Shown: positions 49,971-63,320 of the stretch, piece by piece | Layout of the letters: the number at the start of each line of letters is the position of its first letter | How positions within the stretch are numbered: position 1 is the first letter of the stretch | NCBI GenBank assembly: GCA_964270895.1 | Contig: OZ185435.1 | Direction: 5' to 3' (one strand) | Source: Podarcis filfolensis | Taxonomy: Eukaryota | Length of the DNA: 64,000 nt | The notes under the pieces: model-generated | What the model was told of the DNA's origin: nothing | Databases searched by the model: none | Seen by the model: the letters and a program-made list of their open reading frames with translations, nothing else | Position numbers and translations under genes: made by a program

Positions 49971-51052
49971 AGTTGGCTCTCTTAGCTTCTTGTCAATCAG
50001 ATTAAGGTATGATCTGCTGCCTGAAAAGAGTCAATGATGCGTCATATACCCATTCTCCACAGGGCAGCATGTCCTCCTCTTTGGAAAAGGAGAGAATAAT
50101 TCTGAATTAAAACAGCAAGGGTAAGTGCATGGACTACACGAGAATCATAATCAAAATACACACACTACCATTTTTGCCACTTAGCAGCATCCAAACATTG
50201 TCTCTAGCTTTTGAGCCTTTTTACTACTTGTCACAGACTATTCTGCTTTCTCTTTTTTAGGGGGGGGATGTTGTGTTGTGTTTGTTTGTTTGTTTCTGCC
50301 TTGGTTTTGTATGTCAGCTGCCCTGTGGCTGAGAGTGTGAACAACCTTCTTAAAGTGTACAATATTGTTCTGTTCCAGCTAGTTTGATGTAATAATGTAT
50401 TTTGCATCTCCTCTAGGGGCTGAAAATGTCACTTAGTTCTGCTCCCAGCCTTCTGTAGCTTTAAGTGTAGATGTCCTTGGGGTTGAAGACTCAGCCTGGG
50501 TTTCCTTGGGCTGCCCCTAGTCAGATTTCTTTTAGTCATCTTTCCATATTGCCTTTAGTATGAAAGATTATTTTGGTTGAACTGTGCTTGAAATGTCTTC
50601 CAGTTTTTACGTACCATCAGTCACAGGGCAATCTGTATTAGAAAACAAATGTGCGATATTTTGAAGAAACAGCAAGCACCAACTTAAAAATAAATGTATA
50701 TTTTAAAGTAATCTGCTAAGTTAAAAGCCTAAACATTTTCAAGCACATGCATGTATGACTGAACTGTTAATTGTAACCTAAATTTTAATGGAATGTGACT
50801 TTGATTAATAGATACTCTCCTTTTTCCATGCTTGCAATTTTAATTAGTCTTTTTTAAGTTAAACTTATTAATGAAACAAAAAGATTGAATCCCTTTAAAA
50901 TTGAGCTCACTGGCTGAGCTCTTGTAATGTGGTTCCGCTTTTATCATGATCCTATATGACACATTTTTAAATGAAATAATTATAATGTAGGCTTTATTAA
51001 TATGGCTTTTTTTTTTGTAGAATCCTGGGCAACTTTGGAAATGTATAGGAGA

Positions 51053-51231
51053 ATGAGCGTTTTGCTGATTGAAGCTTTTTATGGAGGTTCACACAGGCAG
51101 CTAGTGGATCTCCTAAAAGAAGAAATAGAAGACTGTGTCCTATTTACTCTCCCTGCAAAGAAATGGCATTGGAGAGCAAGGACTGCAGCACTCTACTTCA
51201 TGCAAGCTGTCCCAGCCAGCATGGACTACAG
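51053..51231 (+). CDS. GTDC1: First coding exon of glycosyltransferase-like domain-containing protein 1 (queuosine-tRNA alpha-mannosyltransferase, QTMAN); partial CDS, exon 51021-51231
   Basis: Translation [60 protein letters not shown] closely resembles the vertebrate GTDC1 N-terminus as I recall it ([21 protein letters not shown]...[17 protein letters not shown]...HYR). Acceptor is a T-tract plus gtag ending at 51020; donor is CAG|gtaagg at 51232 (phase 2). There is also an in-frame ATG at 51041. Confidence 0.95.
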
Positions 51232-54200
51232 GTAAGGCGAGCTATGGATACCTTCATAACTCCAGATCTTGAATTTCCGTATTTACTCATATACACTTCA
51301 GCAACCTTTCTGTGGAACTGAGATCACCTAAGGTAGGTGCCTTAGATACATGAGAACCTTTCCAGTTTAAATCCCAGGCATTTCCAGTTGCTCAGAGCCA
51401 ACTGTGTTCTACAGACAGTGATGTGAGAGAACAGATGCCCTTGTGAGTAGTCATGCACCGTGATAAAACCAGTGCCACCATGCCGTAAAGACATAGCTCT
51501 GCATATAATTATGTACACATGGGGTGAGATCCAAAAAGCTACTTTTAAGGATGCCCGGTGGTGTGGGATTTAAAAGCAAAACAAAACTCTGCGCAGTCAA
51601 GTCTCATGCTCGTATCACAGTGTACTCTTGAAAAGGTAGGTGAGTTGCTTTCCAGAAACACACACCAAAAATTCTGCATGTCCAAGGCAGCTAACTGCTT
51701 GGTTCTTTGGTCACTGGCTGTACGTGTATTCTGCCTAGCGACAGACACGGATCAAAGAGCAGCCCCAGACTGCGTAACTGCTTGTCCAGAGAAAGTGCAA
51801 CCCTGTCCAGATTAGGCAATGGACTTGTCTCCTGGGCACAGGGACCACTCGCTTATCCCTCTTCCAATAAGAAGCTTTATTCTGACAGAATGCTGTGAGG
51901 TGGGCTAGGTTTCGAATTAATGACTTCCATAAAGTCCAACAATTAGCGAGGTCTTCTCAGTTCAAAACTAGCATTCTCTCTGCAACACAGCGCTGGCTTT
52001 GGGCAGTCTTGTAGGTAGCACAGGAAGCCTTTTAACAAACTGGAAAATTGTTTCTTGTTCATTGGGAACACACTCACCGAGCAAGCTAATAAATAATCAC
52101 GGTTTTCAATCCTGAATTTATTTGGCTTTTCTAAGCCCCTAATAAGGGGCAAAAAATTTAAATATGTAAGGACGGACTCTTTCTCAATTGTCTTTCCTCA
52201 CACTTGGATTTGTTTATTCTCCAGATAATTCCCACAACTAAGGGATAAGTACAGTTTCAATAGATTGACAGCATTTGGTGGGATTGGTTTTTTCAGACCC
52301 AAACTTCCCCAGTGGACTTAATCAACCAGCTCCATGAGATGAGTCATGTGAATCTAAGTTTAATTTTATGCCACCTTGAAGTATTTGCTGTGCATTTTGA
52401 CTATGTGGAGTAAGTCCGTTTTTTATCATTTAAAATAAAGCCCTTTAAATATATTTTATTTTCTCTCTGGCTTTTCCTTGGCTATTCTCTGCTGCTTCTT
52501 ATTGCATCTAAGCTGCCAGTCTGGAACAACTTTTCAGAGGAGGGAAAAATTGTTCTGCCTGAGGTGCTTGAATGTGGGTTTTGCTTTGCTCGACTTCGAA
52601 ACAATCCTATTTTGTAGGAGTATGTATGACAAACTATTATGTAAATTTTTTTCTACATCACAACCACATCCTCCAACGCATTGCAATGTTATCTCAGCTC
52701 CTTCAAGGTCAGCAGCCCAAGCTGTCCAGCGCTCGCTGTATTAAGCTAATCAGACATAACTCATAGCCATACACTTCATTAGTTTAACGTACAGTTACAT
52801 TGACCTGAGATTACTGAATTCCAATTTGTCAAATAACCTACATTTTAACAGAAAGTACTAGAAGCTTAAAAACTGATTCAAAGTTAGCAAATCTGTCATG
52901 TACTTATGTGCAATGTAACCTTCATAAACACCAACTAAATCTACGCTTAACCAATACAGCATAATGAGGAGGTGATGGCCCTGCTGTTGCTATTGGTATC
53001 TGATCACAGAGAAAATAATTCAGAGAGTTTTATATAGGTGCAGGTTCAATAGGAATGTACGGCGCTGGTAATCCAGCTAAAATTAAGCAATTGAAAGTCC
53101 CATTGATTTCAGTGAGAGAATTAAGCATATGCTGTTAATATTAATATTCTAGCGCTACTACTAATGTTGAGGGTGTCAAGGAGGGCATTGGTAGCAATTG
53201 ATTAAAAACTAAATTGCACTCTGCACTCAGTTTTCGGGTTGCCTCTGACAGCAGCCTTACTTGTGTCATAATGCCATGTGTTTTTCTCTGCTGCCACCAA
53301 TGGCAGATTTCCCTTCTCTCACGCCTATGCTATGTGCAAGGGGTGGGGCCAGTGATGGTTGTGACGTTGGGGCGCAGGGCCAGCAGCACAGTTCCACACC
53401 CCTTTCTATGCATGGAGTTCTGTTCATGCATATGACACATGAATGGGACACCTCTATGTTTCTGCTGTACTCTTCCATGCATTAAAAAGTCAATGTAAGT
53501 TGTTCCCATCTATTGCAAGAGCTTTTTATCCTTGCAGAGTCCAAAGAGTTCCGCTATAGAGTCTTCCTGATTTTTCCTTCCATGCAATAGAAATGAAGCA
53601 ATCAGAAAAGTAATTTTACCAGTCTTTCCCCCCTCCTGCTTCATCATGGCACCTGTCTGTAGACAAAGGACATAAGAGGAGGAAGGAAGCAATGAAAGTA
53701 GGAGCTGGGGTTTTTTTGCCATTAGTGACACTGAGCAATTAAGACTAGCTGAAATTAATTGGTTAATAATTTGTCAGCGGAAGAATGGGGGATTTTCAGA
53801 TGTTGGTAGAGAAATTGTGGTGTACAAAGTCCTTATTCCAAAGGGAACTCCTACATTTTAGTTGGGTCTCATGAATGAGCTAGAATGGATTATGAACATC
53901 CATAGCTAATGCCAAGGCTTTTTGCAAACAGAAGGAGTGTTATGGGTTAGGGTAATGATGAAAAATAGATACTGCAGTTTCTTTTAATATACAGCCATGT
54001 GTCCTGATTATCTGAAAATAAGCTGAACCTATGAATAATATAGAAATAAAATAAATACAAGACACTTTTAAGAGGATAAACTATACTAATTAAAAATCAT
54101 AAATGTAGAAATACTGAATCATAACGCGCAATTTCATTATACTATAGTGCTAGCAATGTAAATACCAATATATATAAAACAAGGCGCACATAATGCATTT

Positions 54201-56035
54201 GAATAAAACAAAACAATTCTTCAGATTCTCTAAAAACCTAAAATGGAGGAAGCAAAAATGCTGAAAAAGAAAACCACAAAGCTTTTATTTTCTTATTAGG
54301 GCAGGTTTTTGAAAAATCAGCAAAACCTTTATGCATTAGTGATGACTATAAATCTACAAGTGCTCTGAGTAGCATGATCAGAATACTATTACTGCTTTTG
54401 TTAATCAGCAAGTGATATATACATTTTTCACATGGTTGTTGGTGTCATTATGTTCAGAGTCCTGCTCTGCCATGTAACAGAAGGATCTCATCAGTTTGCA
54501 GTCGTCTCCGTGTGTTTATATAATTTGATGCTAATATGAATCAGTGGGCACTGGCTCTAGAACTTAATAAGGCAATATTATTAACTAATATTTCTCCATC
54601 CAGAATGAATTATGCTGAGAAAGGAAACCTGGAGAAGTCACCCTTGGCTGTTATGACAAAACTTAAAAGATAGGCCGAACATTTTGAGTGAATACGGAAA
54701 ACCATTTACCAAGTGGTAATTTATTGTGATCTACATGTAACCTAGCTATGCAGCCCTCGCTCCACTTAAAGCCTTCCCATGTCAAGTGAGATTGTCCATG
54801 TCTAAAATATTAGGAAGTAGAGGGACCCATGGGCAGACTGTTTACATTGACAGTCCCGTTTTGATCAGTCTCTTCATCTGTTTGGCTTCCTTCAATTGAT
54901 TTACACTGAATGCCAGTCAGGGCTGGTCCTCTGCCCCCACTTAATTTTGAGTAATTGTGACATGCTTAATTGTGAAATGTTTAAAGTTGTGCCATATATA
55001 TATATATATATATCACATACATACAAAACAAGCAGAATAACAAAACTTTTCAAGGGAAATGTGTAGGGGGTTACATGGATTTTTTTAAAAACAACTTGTC
55101 ACTTTTTAACTGAAAAGCTACCATCTGCCAACATTTTAATCACAAGCAAAGCTTATTAATGCAAAGTGAATGTTTATGATCATATTGATGTCTTCCTGAA
55201 TAATTTTCAGGTAGGCTCTTTGGTTATATTATTAATTGTTTTACTTTTTTTCTGTCAAGTTTCTTCCTTTCTCATTATCTGAGAACTGCTTTGAATTATT
55301 GAACCTGCTTCTTGAACCTATAGCCGTGACACCTGGAGAGTGGCTTCTGCTGCAGCCTGACTGTAGTTCTAGAATCATTCATTTTTTCCTCCCATTTAAT
55401 TATCATGCAAGAGGGAGAGTTTGGGAAAAGCCCAGTAGGTCCTCAGTGTATTGCTGACTGAAGGTCTTTCTACATGAAAGAGCCAAGCACATGGGCCGCA
55501 GGGGCAGATACCTGCAGAACGGGGCAACTAGTAATGGAGGGGGGACAACAAGTGAATAGGGCCTGTGTGTGAGGCAAATGAGCCAAGTTTAACCCCAATA
55601 CATTGCCCATCTCATGAAATAAAATTGGTGCTGGGTTTTCAAGAGATGGGAGGGCATCTGTTGGTATCCCCACTCTCTTACTCCCAAACAGTGCCCCTGT
55701 CTAAGCTAGTGGAGATTATATTGGTATGGGAGGCCTCCATAGTACATGTGGACATCTATGCTGAGCCCCTTGTATTTGTGTTGCTTAGGAATATGTGAAC
55801 TGCCACTCAAGAAACACTGGGTTGTATCCAGCTATATCATACTCGACCCATCCTCATTTAAATCAACTTATTTCAGTGGGTCTACTCATTGTATGACTTG
55901 GTTAGATATAATCCTTTATAGGTAAATCTGATAAATGTATACTAAGAGGTAAGTTCTATTGAATTCAGTGAAACTTACTCCTAGGGAAGTGGGAATAGGA
56001 TTGCAACCTTAGTGTAGTTTTTGTCATGGATAGCT

Positions 56036-56095
56036 ACTAGAATCATAGAACTGTAGAGTTGGAAGAGACCATGATTGTAATCTGATCAGCACCCG
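56036..56095 (-). mobile_element. CR1/SINE 3' tail remnant
   Basis: tagaatcatagaactgtagagttggaagagacc is the reverse complement of the CR1 terminal repeat. Confidence 0.6.
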
Positions 56096-57763
56096 ATAAA
56101 GTTTATATTGGTGTAGGAGAATATCAGGAAGCAAAAGATCATTCACTTTTGGCAATCAGCTTTCTCTTTCTTTATTTTTTAGATACTATGTTAGTCAGAG
56201 TTCAAAAAGGAAGATTAAAATTCTCTTCCCAAAGGGCCAGTATAAGTCATGCCCAAGCTGCCACTTAGAACTATTGGGGATTTTTCTTTTTTATTCTCCA
56301 GTGATACTCATAATTGCTAGCCCACTTCCAATCCAAATTGATCCAAAGGGGTGCTATTTTATCAACAGTTCTTAGGTTCATATCTGGTAATCTACACTGC
56401 CCCACAAGTTTCATTTACTGAGATGGGCTGTGAGAGTGTGCCATTATACCAGTCCTTGCTGTTTGGACTGCTTATTTGCTGGGACAGTGGCTTGTATGAC
56501 TGTGTCATTAGAAACTCCAGCCCAATTAATATATTACTACTGCTTGACTGGCACTTGAAAGCAACTTCCAAGTGACTGGGGCACATGTCATAGCACTAAC
56601 AATCTTCAGTGTTACTCACGGGTCTCTCGATTTGCATGGTTACTTCTCATGCCAATAGCAGTGACCCTACTAAATGATGGGAAGGAATCAACCAACTTGT
56701 CTGACGACTGCTGTGCGTGTGTGTGTCTTGTTAGACTGCCATGTGTTATCAGATTGAAAACTCAAATTAAAAATGGAGGGGGAGGGGGAAGTTTAAGAAT
56801 GTATGTGAACATGACCTTCAGAAAGGGGTCAAAATGAGACCCTGGGCTTTGGAAACAAAACTTTCCAGTATGTAAAATGTACAATGAAGGAATCCCATTC
56901 AATTTAAAGATGTCCTAGGAGGTTGAGGTGAGCCTTTTTTATTTATTTTCATTTTGTTTTCCAAAAGATACTGTTAGTTTTGAAAATGGTGGGGATGGGG
57001 GGTGGGAGCAATGTTTTACATTTAAATAACACTATTTCAATGAACACTGTTTGTGCATAAAACTATTGCACTGAAAGCACCATGTAGCCATAAAGCCTTT
57101 CTTCCCTGATTGTGCAGCGTATTATATATGTTTCTTATTTTTCAGAACAGCAAACCCAGACCTAAGCTCCATATCTAAAATTTGCCTCTGGTCTTAGTAT
57201 CATGTTAGATATTTCAACAAAATAATCCATGTTCTGACTGCACACCTCAGTGCTGTCTTAGTTTGTTTGGTGCCTTTTACAGCCATCAGGGTTTTTTCGC
57301 ATATAGCTCCATCAGTTAAAATAATGGCTTTTCTCCCTGTGTAAAAGTGTAATAAGCATACCGTTTGTCTTTTAAAATACAATTGTCAAATTTTAAGGGG
57401 TAAATATATTTTGAGTATTTACCCTGGAGCTCTTTAAGGGCTGGAATCTGTTAGAAATAAGACCTTTTATCCAAATGAACAGTTACCTGAGGGCGAGTAT
57501 AAAATGCAATGCAGTTTTTCCCCCTTATTACAAAAAAATGCTACAAGAACTATTAAAAGCACACACTTTCAGTTCTACTATAACATTTAACCCTTTGGTG
57601 TGTGTACTTATACATGCACGGCTGTGTGCACATGCAGAAATACACACACACGTGTGTCTTTGTGAAATTATTGAGGAAAATATCTAAAAAGACAGAAATT
57701 CTGGAAGTTGGTCCTTTAGCAGCATCTCGTTGTTCTGATTGCCACTTTCCCCCATGATACAGT

Positions 57764-58012
57764 GAAGAAGAGGAGGAGTTTGGATTTGATATCCCGCTTT
57801 ATCACTACCCTAAGGAGTTTCAAAGTGGCTAACAATCTCCTTTCCCTTCCTCCCCCACTACAAACACTCTGTGATGTGAGTGAGGCTGAGAGACTTCAGA
57901 GAAGCGTGCCTAGCCCAAGGTCACCCAGCAGCTGCATGTGGAGGAGCGGGGAAGCGAACCCGGTTCACCAGATTACGAGTCCACCGCTCTTAACCACTAT
58001 ACCACACTGGCT
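57764..58012 (-). mobile_element. Near full-length tRNA-derived SINE with a (TTC/TCC)n tail
   Basis: The reverse complement starts ccagtgtggtatagtggttaagagcggtggactcgtaatctggtgaaccgggttcgcttcccc (A and B boxes). Its 3' part is nearly identical to 20167-20278. Confidence 0.9.
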
Positions 58013-61000
58013 CTCACACCCTCAGCCGGATTGGGAACCATGTCCACCAAAAGGTGTTATGTGTATGCTTTCCAAGATTGAATCTCGGCATAGAGAGAGT
58101 TGCTGCATGTATAGGTCCCAACACTAAATTGGGAACTGGAACACAAAGTGTTTCTAGTGGTGCATTCCACTAAGGGAGTTGGGGACTGGATCCAAGGCCA
58201 CCTATCATTATCATGGGAGATGGAAAAGGATTAGATTCAGGCTTCTCACACTTTTTCTGAAAGTAATCATTCTTTCCAAAAGTGAAAGTACCAATGGAAA
58301 TATTTTAGGTGCACACAACTCATTGGGTGGTTTTTTTTGGGGGGGGAGGCTTGTGCAAATTCCTTTTTATAGACCTTATCTTCACTAGCATGGATTTAGG
58401 GACCTTAGCTTTACTAGATTTACTTAGGGGCCTGAGCTTTATTTCTAGCATGACTTTTTTGAACTGGGGCTGGGAACAGCATTTCTAAACAAATATTCTG
58501 TCAGAGGCACACTTAGAGATGGGGATGCCCTGCTTTCCAATTTGGAAACTTACTCTGGAGTTTGCACTGGAGAGTTATTAGGCTTTTATCCCTGGGGGAT
58601 GGGTGGGATCAAAATCCCAAAATTCTGCTGAGTATTTGGAGATTGGAAATGCTAACACCTAAGATCATGTCAGTATCAGACCTCAGTATCTTCAACTTAA
58701 ATGTGTTGGTTGAAAAGGAAAACATGAGTGTGGAACATGTTACTTTTTCATGAGGTGCTCATGAGGCATGGGACTCGCAGGACTTGCCTATAACAAGAAA
58801 CAAAGAAATTGCCATTGTAAGTTCCTTGTACATGTCAAATGAACAAATTTTGTTGTTCTTGTTTGTCAGACGTTTGAGGTTGTGCATGCCAGATTTGGGA
58901 TTGGGCAGATAAATATGACCAGAATGGATGTTATCTGCTGTGATAATGTGGCAGTTGAATCCTTGGTTTTCCCTGTGTTAAAAGTGCAAACCCGTGAACT
59001 TTGCATCCTTAACTCTTGGGCCTCTGGAAGTCATGGGACAAGGAGCAAATGAGAATTCTCAGAAAAAGAAGAAAAATGAACAGCTAATAGACATCTGTGG
59101 CAAAACCTTGGGATCGTAAGGGCTGAAAATGGTTTATTGCAATTGTATTGGGGCAAGGTGTTCTCAAATTTGCACAGCTGTGATCTGTGCAATGTAGTAC
59201 AGGAACAGGAATGTAAGCAGACTTCTGAGATTCTTGGTTTCAATTTATTTTTCTTTTAAGCTGAGGGCCTCAAAGTCAGAAAGTCAATCTGTAGAGATTC
59301 CATTGGTTACCAAACAGAAGTTCAAAGTTTGATGCACTCTGTTTTCCCAACCTGTGGTTACCTCAGCTCTTTCCTTGCCCACCCACTGTCAACAATGACC
59401 AGCTTTGAACTCATAACCTTGACTTTGTAAGTTAAGGACTCTTTCCTGCTGAGCCACTTTCAAGCAGAGACCATATTATCTGAAGAGGCCTCCCAGGCTG
59501 AGTGCTATGATTGGTTCCAGGTCAGCCCGGGGCCTTCCTGAGAATTGAGCAACCTTGCTGCACCCTCTTGCCTCTAGTCTTCTGACCCAGCCAGTCTCCT
59601 GCTGCCTGTCTTCCAAACTTGTTCTTCATATTTTCTTTCTACCTTAACTTTCCCTCTAGTTATATTACAGCTTTCAATCCCTGTTGTTGTATCTGCTACT
59701 ACATATTGCCACATGCTTGGCTTAACTCTTGGAATAATTTCCTAAGCTGGACCCCTTCAGGGTCTCCCCTGTAGCTGCCCCTAATTCACCACATTTTTCT
59801 TGCAAGGATCTCTTAACTGGTTGGGAGACTAGAACACATAGGATAGACAATGTAGGATGAATTTGACTTAAGAACAGGTTAGAGCTTATTACACAGCCTA
59901 CTCCATAGTGCTAATGGCAGCAAAGAAACGAATACTTCTCTGACATGATAAAACTTCCCAGAGTTCTGTTCTGGGTGGTTTGAGGCATCTTGCAGCTTTG
60001 GCCCTCATTGTACCACATAGGCCTAGCATACTGAGCAACCATGGACATAAATAACATCAAAGATACTCGTCTGCATTTTTTTTAACTACCGCTCTTCTAA
60101 GACCTAAAAGAAGGAGCATTGCAGTTTCACACGTCCAGAAGACCAATACTTGTTAGCGATAAACAACATGGAATTTCCTGCTTCTTGATATATACTATGT
60201 ATAGTATACACCACATCAAGCTCTACCAAATAAGTTAGGAGTCTTTTTTTAAAAAAAGGGGAAAAAAGAAAGACAGTCTACATCAATACCCCAATAAATT
60301 CAGAACCAGTGTTGCAGGCAGTTGTTTGCATTTTGTCACTGTCACACTGTTAATGGTCTCCATCACCGGAGAGCTTGTCACTTACTGCTAAGTCTAGATC
60401 TTTCATCAGTTTTTATGCAGTTCACGGCACTGAACGCCAGTTCACAGTTTGCAGTTAGATACAGGCAATAACAGACGTGAGTTTGTTCAACAAAGGAAAT
60501 ATTTCTGGCTGGGAAACCACATTCTTGCACAAAGCTGCAAATGGAAGATTCTTTGCAATAATTTTCAGTTCAAGCCATTTATCCAGCAGTCCCTTTTAAT
60601 TGTGGCTTGATGGGAGAGTGTTTGGCCAAAGACTAAAATCTCAGCAGGAGAGTGGAAGGAGCTTGCAGTTTTCTATATAGGACTGCTGGTTGGGAGAGAG
60701 AGGAAGGCGGTAAGAAGTGTGCCGTTTACTAGAAAGAAAAAGAAACAGACTCATATGCGTTTGCCCAACTTCCTGCAGCAATTCCTTGCTGGAGCCCAGG
60801 AAGATACATAGGCTCATTTCCTTGTATTCCTCCTCATCATGTGGGTAGAGAGAAGGAAGAGAGGATGATCCACACCTTTTCTGTGTTCCGGTATCACAGG
60901 CAGCAGTCTGAGGTGAGCCAGGAGCCGGAAATCCAAAGCTGTCAGGTGTCAACTGGAGAACCAGCCAGGTGGAAGGTCTGAAAAATAACCAAAGATCCAG

Positions 61001-63104
61001 GAACATATCTTTACTCAGGAAGGTTCAAAGAAGAGTTGATTGGAAGTAGTAAGTCCTTATCCATTGGAAAGATGGGTGGACAGAATCATCCCAATATCTA
61101 AATGAACTTCAGCTAGAACAAGGGTGGCAGGCTTGGGGACCAATTTCTCCAAATTTTTCTCTCTGGGCCTTGTAACTCTACCCAGGCCATAGCCCCTTCA
61201 CAGGCACCCCCTCTCTACCCATCCCACATCAGTCTTGCTTCACACTCTACTTGATAATTTTGCCTGGCTGGAATCCGTCTTGGAACTCTGAAAGAAGAAA
61301 TATAGGTAGTATCTGTGCTGCTTCTTTTGCTAGAAAAATAGATGCCGGTACTCACTGTGAAGTTGTTATAGTGTCACACTTTTTAACAACAACAACAAAA
61401 AGAGGTGGCAGTACTGCGTACCTTTGAGTACCCCTGGAAAAAAAGCCCTGAGTAATATAAAGCATTAAAAAACTGTAATTCAAAGCAACACCTCCCAGCA
61501 GCAACAGAAAGGTTGGGTAGCACTCATCATAGCTCCATTAAAATCAGCAGGTCTACTTTGAGTATGACTAACGTTCGAGGTTACCCTTTGGACTTGAGCT
61601 CCCCTTTGCAAGAGTATCCGTTTTCATCTAGCATCCACTGGCAATGAGTTCCTTTGGTTTAATTATAGTTTGTATTATAATTAATACAAAAATAAAAAAT
61701 AATATAAGGCAAGCAATTTTTATTTTCAAATTTGCATATAATTAGAAGGCTGCTCACCGTGTGTTTTATTTTTTTTTTTATCTTCCAGTTTCCTTCCCTT
61801 TTTTTGCTTTGCTCTTGCCTCTTTTTGTTAGTTTGTTTTTCTGTGTGTGTCCTCTGCTCTGGGTCAATGAGGGTACACACATGAAGGTGCTGGATGGTTG
61901 GTGAAAAACTCTGTGTGAGAGGCAGGGAAGGGAAGATCTCCCAGGGTAGGAAGCTGGGGGAAGAAAGGGAAGCTCCCAGGTAAGAGCTAGGACGGTTCAT
62001 GCATTTTTATGTGACAACAAGGGTTAAGAGCTACCTGTGAGAGAGGGCTTTGCATTTTGTTTATCCATCTCTCTTTCTCTTTCTGTTTTCACTTATGTTT
62101 GCTTGTTTTTTATTGTATTATGAAAACTCCTTAATAAAATTTTATGGGCGAAGGAGGAGGGAAGAAAAAGAAAAACACTGCAAATATTTTAGTAATATAT
62201 ACAATTTGTTTATTTGTCCTTTGTTGAACACTTTATTCTTTGCCTATGTGAGGGGGATTATGTATACCTATAAATATTATTTTCTTCCTGTTTTGTATTT
62301 CCACCATTTTGCAAAAGTCCTCATTTCATCTGATAGATTTGACCACAGCTGTGCATTTAGACGTCTCCATTGAGCTGTCCACTTACGGATAGGGAAGCCT
62401 AAGGCTGTATTTACCCATCTGGCTCAGGGAGGTGAAGAATCAAGGCTGGCTGTGTTCTAGGAGAGTGAGAAATTCAGCCTTGGGGAAGGGCAGGCAGGCC
62501 ACTTCTCTGCCAGCAGAAATTGCTTTGTTTTAAGTCAGATACAGTTTGCTTTCAGGTTTACATAGATACCGCAGTTAGGTAAGGCTGCTGATCTCACAAA
62601 AGTCAATACTGAATCCCTGACTGTCTCAATTACTGCAGCCTACATTTAAAGGCTGTTAGCCTTCCAGGTCACTAGCCCAATTGTATCATGTATAGTCATG
62701 TTGGAGGCCAGTTTCTGCAGTGTAGGTCGACTCATTTTCGGTCCCACTAACTTATTTGTAGTTGATTGTATAGGAAAGGATGACAAACCTTGCATTTTAT
62801 TTTTTAATTGCTGAATACGGAACAATTAAGATTATTAATGTTTTAAATGCTTTTATTTGCCCTGCTATTTAAATTAGGATCTTGCATTCGCATCTCTTGT
62901 TAGGGATTTTTTGATTAGCCTATTCGTATTTGTAACTTTTCATGTCTGTAATTAGCAATGCGTTCTCCTGAAATCTTATTGTTTCCTCACGTGATTTTTT
63001 TTGTGATGTTGGAAGCCCCTTTGAGCATGGTTTACCACAGAAAAGCAGCATGCGAATAAACCATGGTGATGATGAAATGTTGGACTTTAGAATAACTTTA
63101 TTGT

Positions 63105-63320
63105 GTTTGAAAGTAATGCCTCTGGGGGAGGAGATTCCACAGCTAGGTGCCACTACAGAGAAGGCCTTATATGTCACTAGACAGCACATTTACTGGTGGG
63201 AGAAGGCCTGCACCCCCCCACTGGGTTCCAATTAAATCCCAAAATGTTCAGGGCTTTACATGTCAGCATTAACACCTTAAATTTGAACTGCCAATGTATC
63301 AACAGGTGTGTACATTGCTT
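63105..63320 (-). mobile_element. Old L2 fragment
   Basis: gggaggagattccacagctaggtgccactacagagaaggcc...ccttaaatttgaactgcc, similar to the other L2 copies. Confidence 0.55.

Noticed and set aside
61640-62150. Possible solo LTR or endogenous viral remnant
   Set aside because: I could not identify TG...CA termini, a TSD, a PBS or PPT, or any viral protein motif.
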